The position numbers and the translations under genes were made by a program. The notes under the pieces are model-generated. The model was not told the DNA's origin and did no database searches. It was given only the letters and a program-made list of their open reading frames with translations. Shown piece after piece: positions 47,147-56,906 of a stretch of 64,000 nucleotides of DNA. Location: assembly GCA_016873275.1 (NCBI GenBank), contig VGXO01000001.1, forward strand, positions 61,678 to 125,677, in the 5' to 3' direction. This DNA comes from Phycisphaerae bacterium. GTDB lineage: Bacteria > Planctomycetota > Phycisphaerae > Phycisphaerales > SM1A02. Within the stretch, counting starts at the first letter, position 1; each line of letters starts with the position of its first letter.

Positions 47147-49294
47147 ATGCTGAGCCTCGCCGTGCCGGCGCTTGCCGTGGGCGGGCTCCTCGCGGCGCTC
47201 GTCCCGCTCGCGATCCACCTCCTCTGGCGACGCCGCCGCCGACCGGTCGAGTGGGCGGCGATGGAGCTCCTCCGCCAGGCGGTGAGGCGGCGCCGCAGGC
47301 GCCTGCAGGTCGAGCGGTGGATCCTCCTCGCCGCGCGGATGCTCGTCCTCGTCCTCCTCGGACTCGCGATCTCGCGCCCGCTGCTCTCCTCCGGCGCGAT
47401 CGTCGGGGGCGGCGGCAGGACGCTCTGGATCGTCCTCGACGATGGACTCGTCTCCGCGGCGCCCGGCGAGGGCGGCACCGCGCTCGACGACGCGCGGGCG
47501 TGGGCGGAGTCGCTCGTGGGATCGCTCGCGCCGGGCGATGCGGCGGGGATCGTGCTCGCCTCCTCGCCGCCGAGGGTCGCCCTCGAGCCGACGAGCGACC
47601 ACGCGGTCGTCCTCGATCGCCTGCGCCGCGCGACCGCGAGCCTCTCGCCGACCGACCTGCCTGGCGCGATCGCGCGTGCCGAGGAGCGGCTCGCCGCGCG
47701 CGGCGCGGTCGAGGGCGAGGTCGCCGTCGTCGCGGTGGCGAGCTCGCTCCGGGAGGGCGCGCTTCCCGAGGTCGTGCCGGCGGCGAGCACGGAGGATGGC
47801 GGCGAGGACGCGGTCCTCCTCCTCGCCATGCCGCCGGCGACGCGGGAGGTCTCGAGCATCTCGGTCGCCTCGGTCGAGCCCGGTCGCGCGGTCGCCGGAG
47901 GACCGACGCCGATCCGCGTGCGGCTCGTCCGCGAGGGCGACCTCTCGCCGCGCCGGACCCGCGTCGCCGCGACCGCGGGCACCTCGGTCGACCGGACCGT
48001 CTCCTGGAGCGCCGGCGAGCGCGAGGTCGAGCTCGAGATGATGCTCGAGCTTCCGGAGGTCGCGCCGGATGCGCCGGGTCGCGTCGGCGTCGAGGTCTCG
48101 GTCGATCCCGACGAGCATGCGGTCGACGATCGACGCACCGCGACGGCGGATGCCCGCTCCCGCGCCCGGGTCGGCATCGCCGACCGCTCGCGCCTCGGCG
48201 TCGGCTCCGGCGCCGGCTGGCTCTCGCGGGCGCTCTCGCCGAGCGCGGACGCGGGGATCGAGGTCGTCGAGCTCGAGCCGGGACTCCTCGAGGATCGCGT
48301 GCTCCGCGACCTCGACGCGGTGGTGCTGCCGCGACCGGACCGGATCACCACCGATGGCTGGGCGGCGCTCGCGGCGATGCGGGCGCGGGGCGGCGTGGTC
48401 CTCGTCGTCCCGCCGGCGCCGCTCGACTCCCATGCGTGGCTCGAGCGCCTCCCGATGCTCGGGATCTCGACCGAGGTCGCCCGCGAGGTCGTGGACGCCG
48501 CCGAGGGCGCCGCGCCGACGATCGATCCGCGGAGCGCAAGCCCCGCGTGGTTCGGGATGGTCGCCGGCGAGATGGAGGACCTTGCCTCGCCGGTCGAGGT
48601 GCGGAGGCGCCTCGCGACCGCGTCGAGGGATTCCGGCGAGTCGATCCTCTCCCTCTCGGACGGCAGCCCGCTGCTGCTCGCCGCGTCGGACGAGTCGACC
48701 GGAGGCTCGACGGTCCTCCTGCTCGCCGCGCCCGACCTCGGGTGGACGGACCTTCCGGTCCGCCCGCTGATGGTGCCGCTCGTGCACGAGGTCCTCCGCG
48801 AGGGTCTCGCCCGAGCGGAGCGCTCGCGGCGGCTGGTGGTGGGGGAGGTCGGTCGTCATCCGGGCGCCTCGCGATCGATCGCGCCGTCGGGCGCGACGAC
48901 CGACGTCGACGACGACGGCATCGCCGAGCGGGCGGCGTCGGAGCCGGGGCTGCATCGCCTGCTCGACGGCGCCGGGCGCGAGATGGGGATCGTCGCGGTG
49001 AACGTCGATGCCCGCGCCGCCCGCGCCTCGCCCTCGCCCGCGGAGGCGGCGCGGCGCTCGCTCGGGCGAGAGGTCGAGTTCGTCGATGCCGCGACCGCGG
49101 GCGCCCGCCTCGCGACCGAGGAGGGCGGTCGTCCGCTCTGGACGGCGCTCGCGGCGGCGGCGCTCCTCCTCGCCGTGGTCGAGACCATGCTCGCGCGACG
49201 CTTCAGTCATGCGTCGCGGGCGGAGGCGTCGTCGTCCGAGGAGGCGCCGGCGTTCCTCGCCTCGTTCGGCGGATCAAGGAGCGCCAGCGCATGA
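47147..49294 (+). CDS. BatA-N-terminal-domain membrane protein
   Basis: MLSLAVPALAVGGLLAALVPLAIHLLWRRRRR...WILLAARMLVLVLLGLAISRP is the aerotolerance-operon-type double-TM N-terminus. Confidence 0.75.
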   Translation: MLSLAVPALAVGGLLAALVPLAIHLLWRRRRRPVEWAAMELLRQAVRRRRRRLQVERWILLAARMLVLVLLGLAISRPLLSSGAIVGGGGRTLWIVLDDGLVSAAPGEGGTALDDARAWAESLVGSLAPGDAAGIVLASSPPRVALEPTSDHAVVLDRLRRATASLSPTDLPGAIARAEERLAARGAVEGEVAVVAVASSLREGALPEVVPAASTEDGGEDAVLLLAMPPATREVSSISVASVEPGRAVAGGPTPIRVRLVREGDLSPRRTRVAATAGTSVDRTVSWSAGEREVELEMMLELPEVAPDAPGRVGVEVSVDPDEHAVDDRRTATADARSRARVGIADRSRLGVGSGAGWLSRALSPSADAGIEVVELEPGLLEDRVLRDLDAVVLPRPDRITTDGWAALAAMRARGGVVLVVPPAPLDSHAWLERLPMLGISTEVAREVVDAAEGAAPTIDPRSASPAWFGMVAGEMEDLASPVEVRRRLATASRDSGESILSLSDGSPLLLAASDESTGGSTVLLLAAPDLGWTDLPVRPLMVPLVHEVLREGLARAERSRRLVVGEVGRHPGASRSIAPSGATTDVDDDGIAERAASEPGLHRLLDGAGREMGIVAVNVDARAARASPSPAEAARRSLGREVEFVDAATAGARLATEEGGRPLWTALAAAALLLAVVETMLARRFSHASRAEASSSEEAPAFLASFGGSRSASA

Positions 49295-51555
49295 GCGCCG
49301 CGACCGCCGGCTGGTGGCGATGGCTCCTCGGGATCGACTCGATCCCCGAGGGCGCCGCGGGCGTCCGCCTCGGCTGGGAGCATCCGCTGCCGACCTGGGG
49401 ATGGGCGATCGCGATCGCGGCGGCGGTCGGGCTCGCGTGGTTCGGCTACGCGCGGATCCAGGGTCCGACCACGGCGAGGGTCGCGCTCGGCTCGCTCCGC
49501 GCGGCGGCGATCGCCTGGCTCCTCGCGGTGCTGCTCGGACCCGAGCTCGTCCTTCCCCGCGAGCGGATCGAGCCGGATCGAGTCGCGGTGGTCGTCGATC
49601 GAAGCGCGAGCCTCGAGGTGCGCGACGCGCCCGGCGGCTCCTCGCGGGACGAGCAGGCGCGGGAGGCAGTGGATCTCCTCGCGGAGGCGCTCCGATCGGA
49701 CGAGCGCTCGCATGAGGTCCGATGGTTCGGCTTCCACGCCGATGCGTTCCCGCTCGAGGCGGCGGATGGCGCGGCGCCGGGCCTCGGTGCCCCCGAGGGC
49801 GCACGGACGAGGCTTGGTCGGGCGATCGAGCGGGCGCTCCGCGACGCCGCGGAGCGGCCGATCGCCGCGGTCGTCGTCGCGAGCGACGGGCGGACCGACG
49901 ATCCGCCGGACCGCGGGCTCCTCCGCCGCCTCGCGGAGGAGGGGATCCCGCTGATCGTCGTGCCGCTTGGATCGTCGGAGCCGCTCGGCGACGTCGCGGT
50001 CGCGGAGGCGAGGGCACCAGGTCGGGCGTTCCGCGACGACGAGGTGCCGGTCGAGGCGAGGATCTCGCGGGTCGGTCGAGCGGGCACCGAACCCGTGCTC
50101 GTCAGGCTCGTGGACGCGGAGGACGGCACCGTGCTCGCGGAGCAGTCGGTGGCGAGCGAGTCGATCGGGGAGCCGGTCGTCCTCCTCGCCCGCGCCGAGG
50201 ATGCCGGTCGGCGGCGCTGGCGGGTCGAGGTGGTCGCGCCGGGCGACGACCTCGTCCCCGCGAACGACTCGCGCGAGGTCGAGGTCGAGCTCCTCGACCG
50301 CCCGCTTCGGGTCCTCTTCTGCGACGCGTCGCCGCGCTGGGAGTACCGCTACCTCAAGAACCTCCTCGTGCGCGAGCCGTCGGTCGAGAGCTCGGTGATG
50401 CTCCTCTCCGCCGACCGCGACTTTGCGCAGGAGGGCAACATGCCGATCTCGCGGCTCCCGCGGAGCCCCGAGGAGCTCGCGGCGTACGACCTCATCGTCC
50501 TCGGCGACGTGCCGGGCGGGTTCTTCTCGCCGGAGCAGCTCGAGATGATCCGCGAGCAGGTCGCGGCGCGCGGCGCTGGGCTCGTGGTGGTCGCGGGTCC
50601 CCGGAACGTGCCGCGCGGCTGGGAGCGGACGGCGCTCGAGGAGCTCCTCCCCTTCGCGCCCCCGACGCCGGCGGTGATCGACCGCGAGGTCTCCCTCCGC
50701 GCGACCGACCTCGCCGCCCGCCTCGGCGTCGTCGGCGCCGACGCGCTTCCGCCGGTCGACGCGCCATGGGGACGCCTCCGCTGGGCGCAGCGGATCGATC
50801 CCGCCACGCTCAAGCCCGCGGCGGAGGTCCTCGCGGAGACGACCGAGGGCGACCCGATCCTCCTCCGCATGCGCTATGGCGCCGGGCAGGTCCTCTACCT
50901 CGCGACCGACGAGACCTGGCGCTGGCGCTACGGTCGCGGCGAGACCCTCCAGGAGCGGTTCTGGATCCCGCTGCTCCGCCTGCTCGGTCGCGAGTCGGTC
51001 GCGGAGGGCGAGGCGCCCTGGCGTCTCCGCGCGGCGCCCTCGCGGATCGCCCTCGGCGAGGCGACGCGGCTCGAGCTCGAGCTCGGCGAGTCGCGGGCGA
51101 TGGAGCTCGACCTCGCCTCGGCGGAGGTCTCGATCTCGCGGCGAGGCGAGGAGGGATCGACGACCACGATCGACCTGCCCCGCACCGCTCCCGGGCTCCA
51201 TGCGGCGAGCTGGATCCCCGACGCCCCGGGCGAGCATCTCGTCGAGGTCTCGGAGCCCGGGCTCCTCCGCCTCGGCGGTCGCGCGGGCGTCCTCGTGGAG
51301 GTCACCCGCGCCGATGCCGAGTGGCGCCGACCCGATGCCGACCACGAGCTCCTCGCCTCGATCGCGGAGGCGACCGGCGGCGCGTCGTTCCCGCCGGACC
51401 AGCTCGGGGGGATCGTGCAGCGCATCCCCAATCGCTCGGTGGTGGTGTCGATGCCGATCATCGAGCCGATCTGGTCGAGTCCCCTCGCGCTCCTCGGGGC
51501 GCTCCTCCTGCTGACGATGGAATGGATTGGTCGGAGGCTCCTCCGGCTCGCGTGA
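49291..51555 (+). CDS. membrane protein with vWA-like and class-I glutamine-amidotransferase-like regions
   Basis: ATGA overlap with the previous gene. Contains VAVVVDRSASLE (DxSxS). ...YDLIVLGDVPGGFFSPEQLEMIREQVAARGAGLVVVAG... is GATase1-like. C-terminal TM helix. Confidence 0.7.
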   Translation: MSAATAGWWRWLLGIDSIPEGAAGVRLGWEHPLPTWGWAIAIAAAVGLAWFGYARIQGPTTARVALGSLRAAAIAWLLAVLLGPELVLPRERIEPDRVAVVVDRSASLEVRDAPGGSSRDEQAREAVDLLAEALRSDERSHEVRWFGFHADAFPLEAADGAAPGLGAPEGARTRLGRAIERALRDAAERPIAAVVVASDGRTDDPPDRGLLRRLAEEGIPLIVVPLGSSEPLGDVAVAEARAPGRAFRDDEVPVEARISRVGRAGTEPVLVRLVDAEDGTVLAEQSVASESIGEPVVLLARAEDAGRRRWRVEVVAPGDDLVPANDSREVEVELLDRPLRVLFCDASPRWEYRYLKNLLVREPSVESSVMLLSADRDFAQEGNMPISRLPRSPEELAAYDLIVLGDVPGGFFSPEQLEMIREQVAARGAGLVVVAGPRNVPRGWERTALEELLPFAPPTPAVIDREVSLRATDLAARLGVVGADALPPVDAPWGRLRWAQRIDPATLKPAAEVLAETTEGDPILLRMRYGAGQVLYLATDETWRWRYGRGETLQERFWIPLLRLLGRESVAEGEAPWRLRAAPSRIALGEATRLELELGESRAMELDLASAEVSISRRGEEGSTTTIDLPRTAPGLHAASWIPDAPGEHLVEVSEPGLLRLGGRAGVLVEVTRADAEWRRPDADHELLASIAEATGGASFPPDQLGGIVQRIPNRSVVVSMPIIEPIWSSPLALLGALLLLTMEWIGRRLLRLA

Positions 51556-51597
51556 GCCCCGCGCCGCCGCGGCGGTCCGCGGCTACCGTCCCCCGCC

Positions 51598-54500
51598 ATG
51601 GACCCGATCCTCGACCGCATCAGGAGGCTGGCGCTCGTCGCGCGGCTGTCCCTCGCGGCCGAGCGGTCGGCGCGGATCCTCGCGTGGTCGATCGCGGCGC
51701 TCCTCGCGGCGATCCTCCTCGACGCGGCATTCCGATGGCCGGGCGCGATCCGCTGGGTGATCCTCGCGGCGATGGCGGCGGCACTCCTCGCCGCGGCGCG
51801 GCGATCGCTGCTGCCGGGGCTCCGCTTCCGTCCCGAGCCGGTCGAGATCGCGCTCCGCCTCGAGCGGGGTCGCCCGGACCTTCGTGGTCGCCTCGCGTCG
51901 GCGGTCGACTTCCGCCTCCGCGGCGCGGACTCGGTCGATCCCGTCGCCGCCGCGGCGGTGCGCGAGGTCGCGTCGCGCCTCGGCGCCGGGGCGTCGTCGC
52001 TCTGCCTCGACTGGCGCCGCGACCGCCTCGCCCGCTCGGGCGGCATGCTCGCGGCAGGCGTGCTCCTCGCCGCCTCGCTCCTCGCGGCGTTTCCCCTCGA
52101 GGCGAGGATCGGGCTCGAGCGCACGCTCGCCCCATGGAGCTCGGCGCGATGGCCCGCCCGGACCGAGGTCACCGACCTCGTCTCGATCGAGGTCGCCCCG
52201 CGCGGGCGACCGCTCGTCCTCTCGGCGGCGCTCGTCAAGGGCGATCCAGAGCAGGAGCGGGTCGAGGCGGTGGTTCGGATCGAGCGCGACGGCGTCGTCC
52301 TTCCGGAGGAGGTGCTCGTCCTCACCCGCCAGGGCGGTCGCCGCTTCGAGCGGCGCATCCCAAGCGACGCGGACCGCGTGACCTACTTCCTGCGGAGCGA
52401 GGACCACGAGACCGAGCCGCGGCGCATCGAGCTCGTCGAGCCGCCGGAGGTCCTCGGCGCGACGCTCATGGTCGAGCCGCCCGAGTACGCCGCGGCGGAC
52501 CGCGCGACGCAGCGGATCGACCTCGGACCAGGCACCGACCGACGCGCGTCGATGGCGGGCGCCATCCTCTCGGGGAGCCGGGTGGTCCTCGGGCTCGACC
52601 TCGCGAAGCCGCTGCCGGTGCCCGAGCCATCCGCGCAGGCTGCATGGCTCGGCGAGGTGCTGCCCGGACTTCCGCCCGAGGCGGTCGTCTCGGTCGATCC
52701 GCAGGATCCGCGTCGCTGGCTCGCCGCGTGGACGATGCAGTCGCCGGTCGTCCTGGAGCCGCGCCTCCGCGACGAGCATGGGCTCGAGTCGACCACGGGC
52801 GCGACCTACCGGATCGACGCGGTCGACGACGCGCCGCCGACGGTCGTGATCCTCGAGCCCTCGAGCGACGAGAGCGTGCTCGCGACGGCGGTGATCGACC
52901 TCCGCGCCGAGGCACGGGACGACGTCGCGGTCGCGGCGGCATCCTTCGACGTCGCGCGGCAGGGCGCCGCGCAGCCTTCGCTCCTCGGCGAGGGCGGCGA
53001 GCCTGGTCCGCGGCGCGGGTTCGCCGCGACGCTCTCCCTCGAGTCGATCGGCGCCGCGGCGGGCGACCTCGTCGAGGTCGTCGCGGTCGCCACCGACCGC
53101 TTCGACGGCGGCGCGGGTCCTCGCGACCCGTCCCGCTCGCAGCCTCGGCGGCTCAAGGTCGTCGGGGAGGGCGAGTTCCTGCGACAGGTGCGGGAGGACC
53201 TCGCGGCGATGCGGCAGGGCGCGATCCGGGTGGACGCGGAGCAGGCGCGGGTGCTCGAGGGGGAGCCTGGCGCCGCGCCGCAGGCGTCGATCTCCGACCG
53301 CCTCGCCTCGCTCGGCGAGGGCGCGAAGGCGGTGGGCGAGCGCCTCGCGCGGAACCGCCTCGATCCGGAGGGACTGCCTGCGCTTCTTGGTCAGGCGCAG
53401 GATCGGCTCGACCGCGCCGCGGATGCCTCGCGGCGCGCGGAGGACCTCCGCCGCGCGATGGCGGAGGAGCGTGGCGATGACGCGGGGGAAGCCCGGCAGG
53501 AGCAGGAACTGGACGAGCAGGCCGCGACGGCGGAGTCGCTTTCCTCCGCGAGGCGCGAGGTGCGCCGCGAGCTGCAGTCGCTCGTCGAGCTCCTCGACCG
53601 CGACGAGGACACCTGGTCGCTCAGGCGCGAGGCGGAGCGGCTCTCCGAGGATCTCGCGCGTCTTGCCCGCGAGGTCGCGGAGGTCGCGCCCTCGACGGTC
53701 GGTCGATCGCCCGAGGATCTTCCCGCGGGTCCGCGCGAGGCGCTCGGCGAGCTCGCCCGCCGTCAGCAGGAGCTCGCCGACGCCGCGGAGGCGCTCCTCG
53801 ACCAGATGGAGGAGCGGTCGGAGCGGCTCGCCGGGAGCGACCTTGCCCAGGCGGAGGCGCTTCGCCAGGCGGCGGAGCTCGCGCGGCAGGAGGGGCTCGA
53901 GCAATCGATGGAGCAGGCGACCGAGCAGGTCGCGGGCAACCGGCTCGAGCAGGCGGCGGCGTCGCAGCAGCAGGCGCAGCAGGCGCTCGACCGGATGCGG
54001 CGCGGGCTCGAGGACACCCGGCGCGTGCGGACCGAGACGCTCCGGCGTCTCATGACCGAGCTGGAGGACTCGATCGAGGCGCTCCTTCGCGCGAGCGAGT
54101 CGGAGGCGCGGCTCCTCCGCGGGCTCGCCCCGCTCGGACCGCCATGGGACGCCGCGTCGACGGGCGCGAGGCGCGACGCGGTCGTCCGCCTCGAGCGGAA
54201 CACCCGCGCGACCGAGGTCGCCGCCCTCGCGGGAGGCGCGGAGGCGGCGCCGGTCGCCGAGGCGATCGCCCGCGCCGCAAGCGCGCAGGGCGAGGCGATC
54301 GGCGGACTGTCGTCCGATCGCGGTCGAGTCCCCGAGGTGCCGGCGTCGCTCGCGTCGCTCGAGCGCTCGACGATGGCGCTCCGCGAGGCGCTCGACCTCG
54401 CGCGGAGGATCGGCGAGGACGCCGAGCAGGAGGCTCGACGGCAGCGGCAGGAGGAGCTCGCGGCGGCGTACCGCGAGCTTGCCGGTCGGCAGGCGATGCG

Positions 54501-55812
54501 GCGAGGCGAGGTCGAGGCGCTCGATGCGGCGATCGCCCGCGGCGACGTGCCCGAGAGGCGCCGCGTCCTCGAGCGCCGCCGTGCCGCGACCGCGCAGGAG
54601 GAGGTCACCGCCTCGGCGCGGACCCTCCGCGAGGGCGCCGCGGAGCTCGCCGACGCCGCGGTCTTCGCGAGCTCGCAGGAGTGGATCGAGCGCTGGAGCG
54701 AGTCGGCGGCGTCGATGATCCGCGACGGCTCGCTTCCGGATGCGCCGCGCCGGCAAGCGCTCGTCGAGGAGGCGGCGCTCGCGATGGCGGAGTCGCTCGA
54801 GGCGCTCGCCGAGGACGAGGACGCCTTCGCGGGCGAGGAGTCCTCCGCGAGAGGCGGAGGATCCGGCTCGGGCGGAGGCGGGGAGGACGAGGCGATCCCG
54901 CCGATCGCGCAGCTCAGGCTCCTGCGGAGCATGCAGGATGGCGTCCATCGCCGGACGCGGGCGCTCGCGGAGGAGCCGGTCGCGGATCAGGCGGCACGGG
55001 CGTCGGAGGTCGCGGAGCTCGCCGCGATGCAGGAGGCGATCGAGTCGCTTGCCGAGGCGCTCCTCGAGGAGGTCGAGTCGAAGGAGGAGCCTCGGACGGA
55101 GCCGCCGCCGGCGCCGATCGGGGCGCCCCCGCCGCGCGCCCTGTCGTCGCCGGCGCAGGATCCGCCTCCTCCGGCTCCGCCGAAGACGAAGGGAGCCGCG
55201 CCCGCGAAGGCAGGCGAGCCCGGCGACGAGCCGCCCTCCCTCGACGAGCTCCTCGGAATCGAGGAGGAGGCGCCGGGCGACGAGGGCGCCGCGGAGTCCG
55301 CGCGGCGGGTCGGCGAGCGCCTCCGCGAGCGACCGGTCGCCGACGACTTCCGCGAGGCGATCGCGCAGATGAGGCGGAGCACCGAGCTCCTCCGCGACGC
55401 GGGCGACGTCGGGCTCGACGCCCAGCGGGCGCAGCTCGAGGCGATCCGCCGGCTCGACGCGCTCATCGAGGGCGCCGAGCGCCAGCGTCAGCGCCAGCGC
55501 CAGCGCGGCAGCCCCTCCGGATCGCCCGAGCAGCAGCCATCGCCGCCGGAGTCGTCCTCGTCCTCCTCGGGCGAGCCGCAGGGATCTCGACGCCCTGGCG
55601 CCGCCGCCGAGGGAGGCGAGGCGGAGCCGCCGCCCTTCGAGGAGGCGGAGCTTGGTCGCCTCCTCGAGGAGGGTCGCGTCGAGTGGGGTCAGCTTCCCGA
55701 GCGGGTGCGCGAGCTCGTCCGCCAGGGTCGCCGCGACCGCGTCTCGTCGATCTACCGCCGGCTGACCGAGGAGTACTACCGGCGCCTCGCCGAGGAGGCG
55801 ATGCCGCGATGA
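51598..55812 (+). CDS. large membrane-anchored, acidic coiled-coil protein (DUF4175-like)
   Basis: 1404 aa. N-terminal TM helices, then a long Glu/Arg/Ala-rich helical region. C-terminal ...IYRRLTEEYYRRLAEE tail. Confidence 0.65.
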   Translation: MDPILDRIRRLALVARLSLAAERSARILAWSIAALLAAILLDAAFRWPGAIRWVILAAMAAALLAAARRSLLPGLRFRPEPVEIALRLERGRPDLRGRLASAVDFRLRGADSVDPVAAAAVREVASRLGAGASSLCLDWRRDRLARSGGMLAAGVLLAASLLAAFPLEARIGLERTLAPWSSARWPARTEVTDLVSIEVAPRGRPLVLSAALVKGDPEQERVEAVVRIERDGVVLPEEVLVLTRQGGRRFERRIPSDADRVTYFLRSEDHETEPRRIELVEPPEVLGATLMVEPPEYAAADRATQRIDLGPGTDRRASMAGAILSGSRVVLGLDLAKPLPVPEPSAQAAWLGEVLPGLPPEAVVSVDPQDPRRWLAAWTMQSPVVLEPRLRDEHGLESTTGATYRIDAVDDAPPTVVILEPSSDESVLATAVIDLRAEARDDVAVAAASFDVARQGAAQPSLLGEGGEPGPRRGFAATLSLESIGAAAGDLVEVVAVATDRFDGGAGPRDPSRSQPRRLKVVGEGEFLRQVREDLAAMRQGAIRVDAEQARVLEGEPGAAPQASISDRLASLGEGAKAVGERLARNRLDPEGLPALLGQAQDRLDRAADASRRAEDLRRAMAEERGDDAGEARQEQELDEQAATAESLSSARREVRRELQSLVELLDRDEDTWSLRREAERLSEDLARLAREVAEVAPSTVGRSPEDLPAGPREALGELARRQQELADAAEALLDQMEERSERLAGSDLAQAEALRQAAELARQEGLEQSMEQATEQVAGNRLEQAAASQQQAQQALDRMRRGLEDTRRVRTETLRRLMTELEDSIEALLRASESEARLLRGLAPLGPPWDAASTGARRDAVVRLERNTRATEVAALAGGAEAAPVAEAIARAASAQGEAIGGLSSDRGRVPEVPASLASLERSTMALREALDLARRIGEDAEQEARRQRQEELAAAYRELAGRQAMRRGEVEALDAAIARGDVPERRRVLERRRAATAQEEVTASARTLREGAAELADAAVFASSQEWIERWSESAASMIRDGSLPDAPRRQALVEEAALAMAESLEALAEDEDAFAGEESSARGGGSGSGGGGEDEAIPPIAQLRLLRSMQDGVHRRTRALAEEPVADQAARASEVAELAAMQEAIESLAEALLEEVESKEEPRTEPPPAPIGAPPPRALSSPAQDPPPPAPPKTKGAAPAKAGEPGDEPPSLDELLGIEEEAPGDEGAAESARRVGERLRERPVADDFREAIAQMRRSTELLRDAGDVGLDAQRAQLEAIRRLDALIEGAERQRQRQRQRGSPSGSPEQQPSPPESSSSSSGEPQGSRRPGAAAEGGEAEPPPFEEAELGRLLEEGRVEWGQLPERVRELVRQGRRDRVSSIYRRLTEEYYRRLAEEAMPR

Positions 55813-56906
55813 GTCCCGCCAGCCTGCTGATCGCCTCGATCCTGATCCTTCGGCAGGACGCCGCGCCTCCGGCGGGAGCGCCCTCCGAGGCGCCGCCGCC
55901 ACCACCGACTCCCACGAGCAGCCCGCCGCCGCCCGCCGAGCTCGGCGCGGAGAACGCCCCCGCCGCGGGCGAGATCGACGAGAGGCTCGAGCGGGCGATC
56001 GCCCGCGGGCTCGACCACCTCGCGGCGCAGCAGGCGGAGGACGGCTCGTTCGGCTCCGGTCGCTTCTCCGACAACGTCGGCATCGTCTCGCTCGCCGCGA
56101 TCGCGTTCATGGCGGACGGGAGCGTGCCGGGTCGCGGTCGCCACGGCGAGGTCGTGCGTCGCGCCCTCGACTACGTCCTCGCGCACGTCACGGAGACCGG
56201 GCTCATCGCGGGGGAGACCGGGCACGGTCCGATGTACGGGCACGGGTTCGCGACGCTCTTCCTCGGCGAGGTCTACGGCATGACCCCCGAGGACGCGCGG
56301 GTGCGCGATGCCCTCCAGCGGGCGGTCGAGCTCATCGTCAACAGCCAGAACGAGGAGGGCGGCTGGCGCTACAACCCCGTCCCCTACGAGGCGGACGTCT
56401 CCGTGACGATCTGCCAGGTGATGGCGCTCCGCTCGGCGCGCAACGCCGGCGTCAAGGTGCCCGCGAGCACGATCGAGCGGGCGGTCGCCTACGTGAAGGA
56501 GTGCCAGAACCCCGACGGCGGCTTCAAGTACATGCGGAACGCCGGCGGCAGCGGATGGCCGCGCTCGGCGGCGGGCGTCGCGACCCTCTTCTACGCGGGC
56601 GAGCACGATGACCCCGCGGTCGAGCGCGGGCTCGAGTACCTCGTGCGCCAGGCGATGCCCTCGGGCGGCTCGGCGATGAGCCAGGCGCACTACTTCTACG
56701 GTCACTACTACGCGGTGCAGGCGATGTACCTCGCGGGCGGGGACTGGTGGAGCCGGTGGTGGCCGGCGATCCGCGAGGACCTCCTCGAGCAGCAGACCGC
56801 CTCCGGCGGCTGGATCGACCAGCAGCAGGGCGGTCCCTACGCGACGGCGATGGCGTTGATCGTCCTGCAGATGCCGAAGCGCTACCTGCCGATCTTCCAG
56901 CGATGA
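55809..56906 (+). CDS. prenyltransferase/squalene-oxidase-repeat (alpha-alpha toroid) protein
   Basis: ATGA overlap with the previous gene. Signal/TM segment plus a Pro-rich linker, then repeated ..Q..DGSFG.., ..Q.EEGGWRY.., ..CQNPDGGFKY.., ..QQTASGGWID.. motifs. Confidence 0.8.
   Translation: MSPASLLIASILILRQDAAPPAGAPSEAPPPPPTPTSSPPPPAELGAENAPAAGEIDERLERAIARGLDHLAAQQAEDGSFGSGRFSDNVGIVSLAAIAFMADGSVPGRGRHGEVVRRALDYVLAHVTETGLIAGETGHGPMYGHGFATLFLGEVYGMTPEDARVRDALQRAVELIVNSQNEEGGWRYNPVPYEADVSVTICQVMALRSARNAGVKVPASTIERAVAYVKECQNPDGGFKYMRNAGGSGWPRSAAGVATLFYAGEHDDPAVERGLEYLVRQAMPSGGSAMSQAHYFYGHYYAVQAMYLAGGDWWSRWWPAIREDLLEQQTASGGWIDQQQGGPYATAMALIVLQMPKRYLPIFQR

Noticed and set aside
45859-49210. 830-aa and 913-aa minus-strand ORFs opposite the MoxR operon
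   Set aside because: They lie antisense to recognisable MoxR, DUF58 and BatA genes. The composition is Arg/Ser/Pro-rich and no motifs are present.
51583-55905. 1440-aa minus-strand ORF opposite the 1404-aa gene, and the 1252-aa plus-strand alternative frame 49722..53480
   Set aside because: Only the 51598..55812 frame has TM helices, translational coupling with its neighbours and sensible composition. The others are Arg-rich mirror frames.
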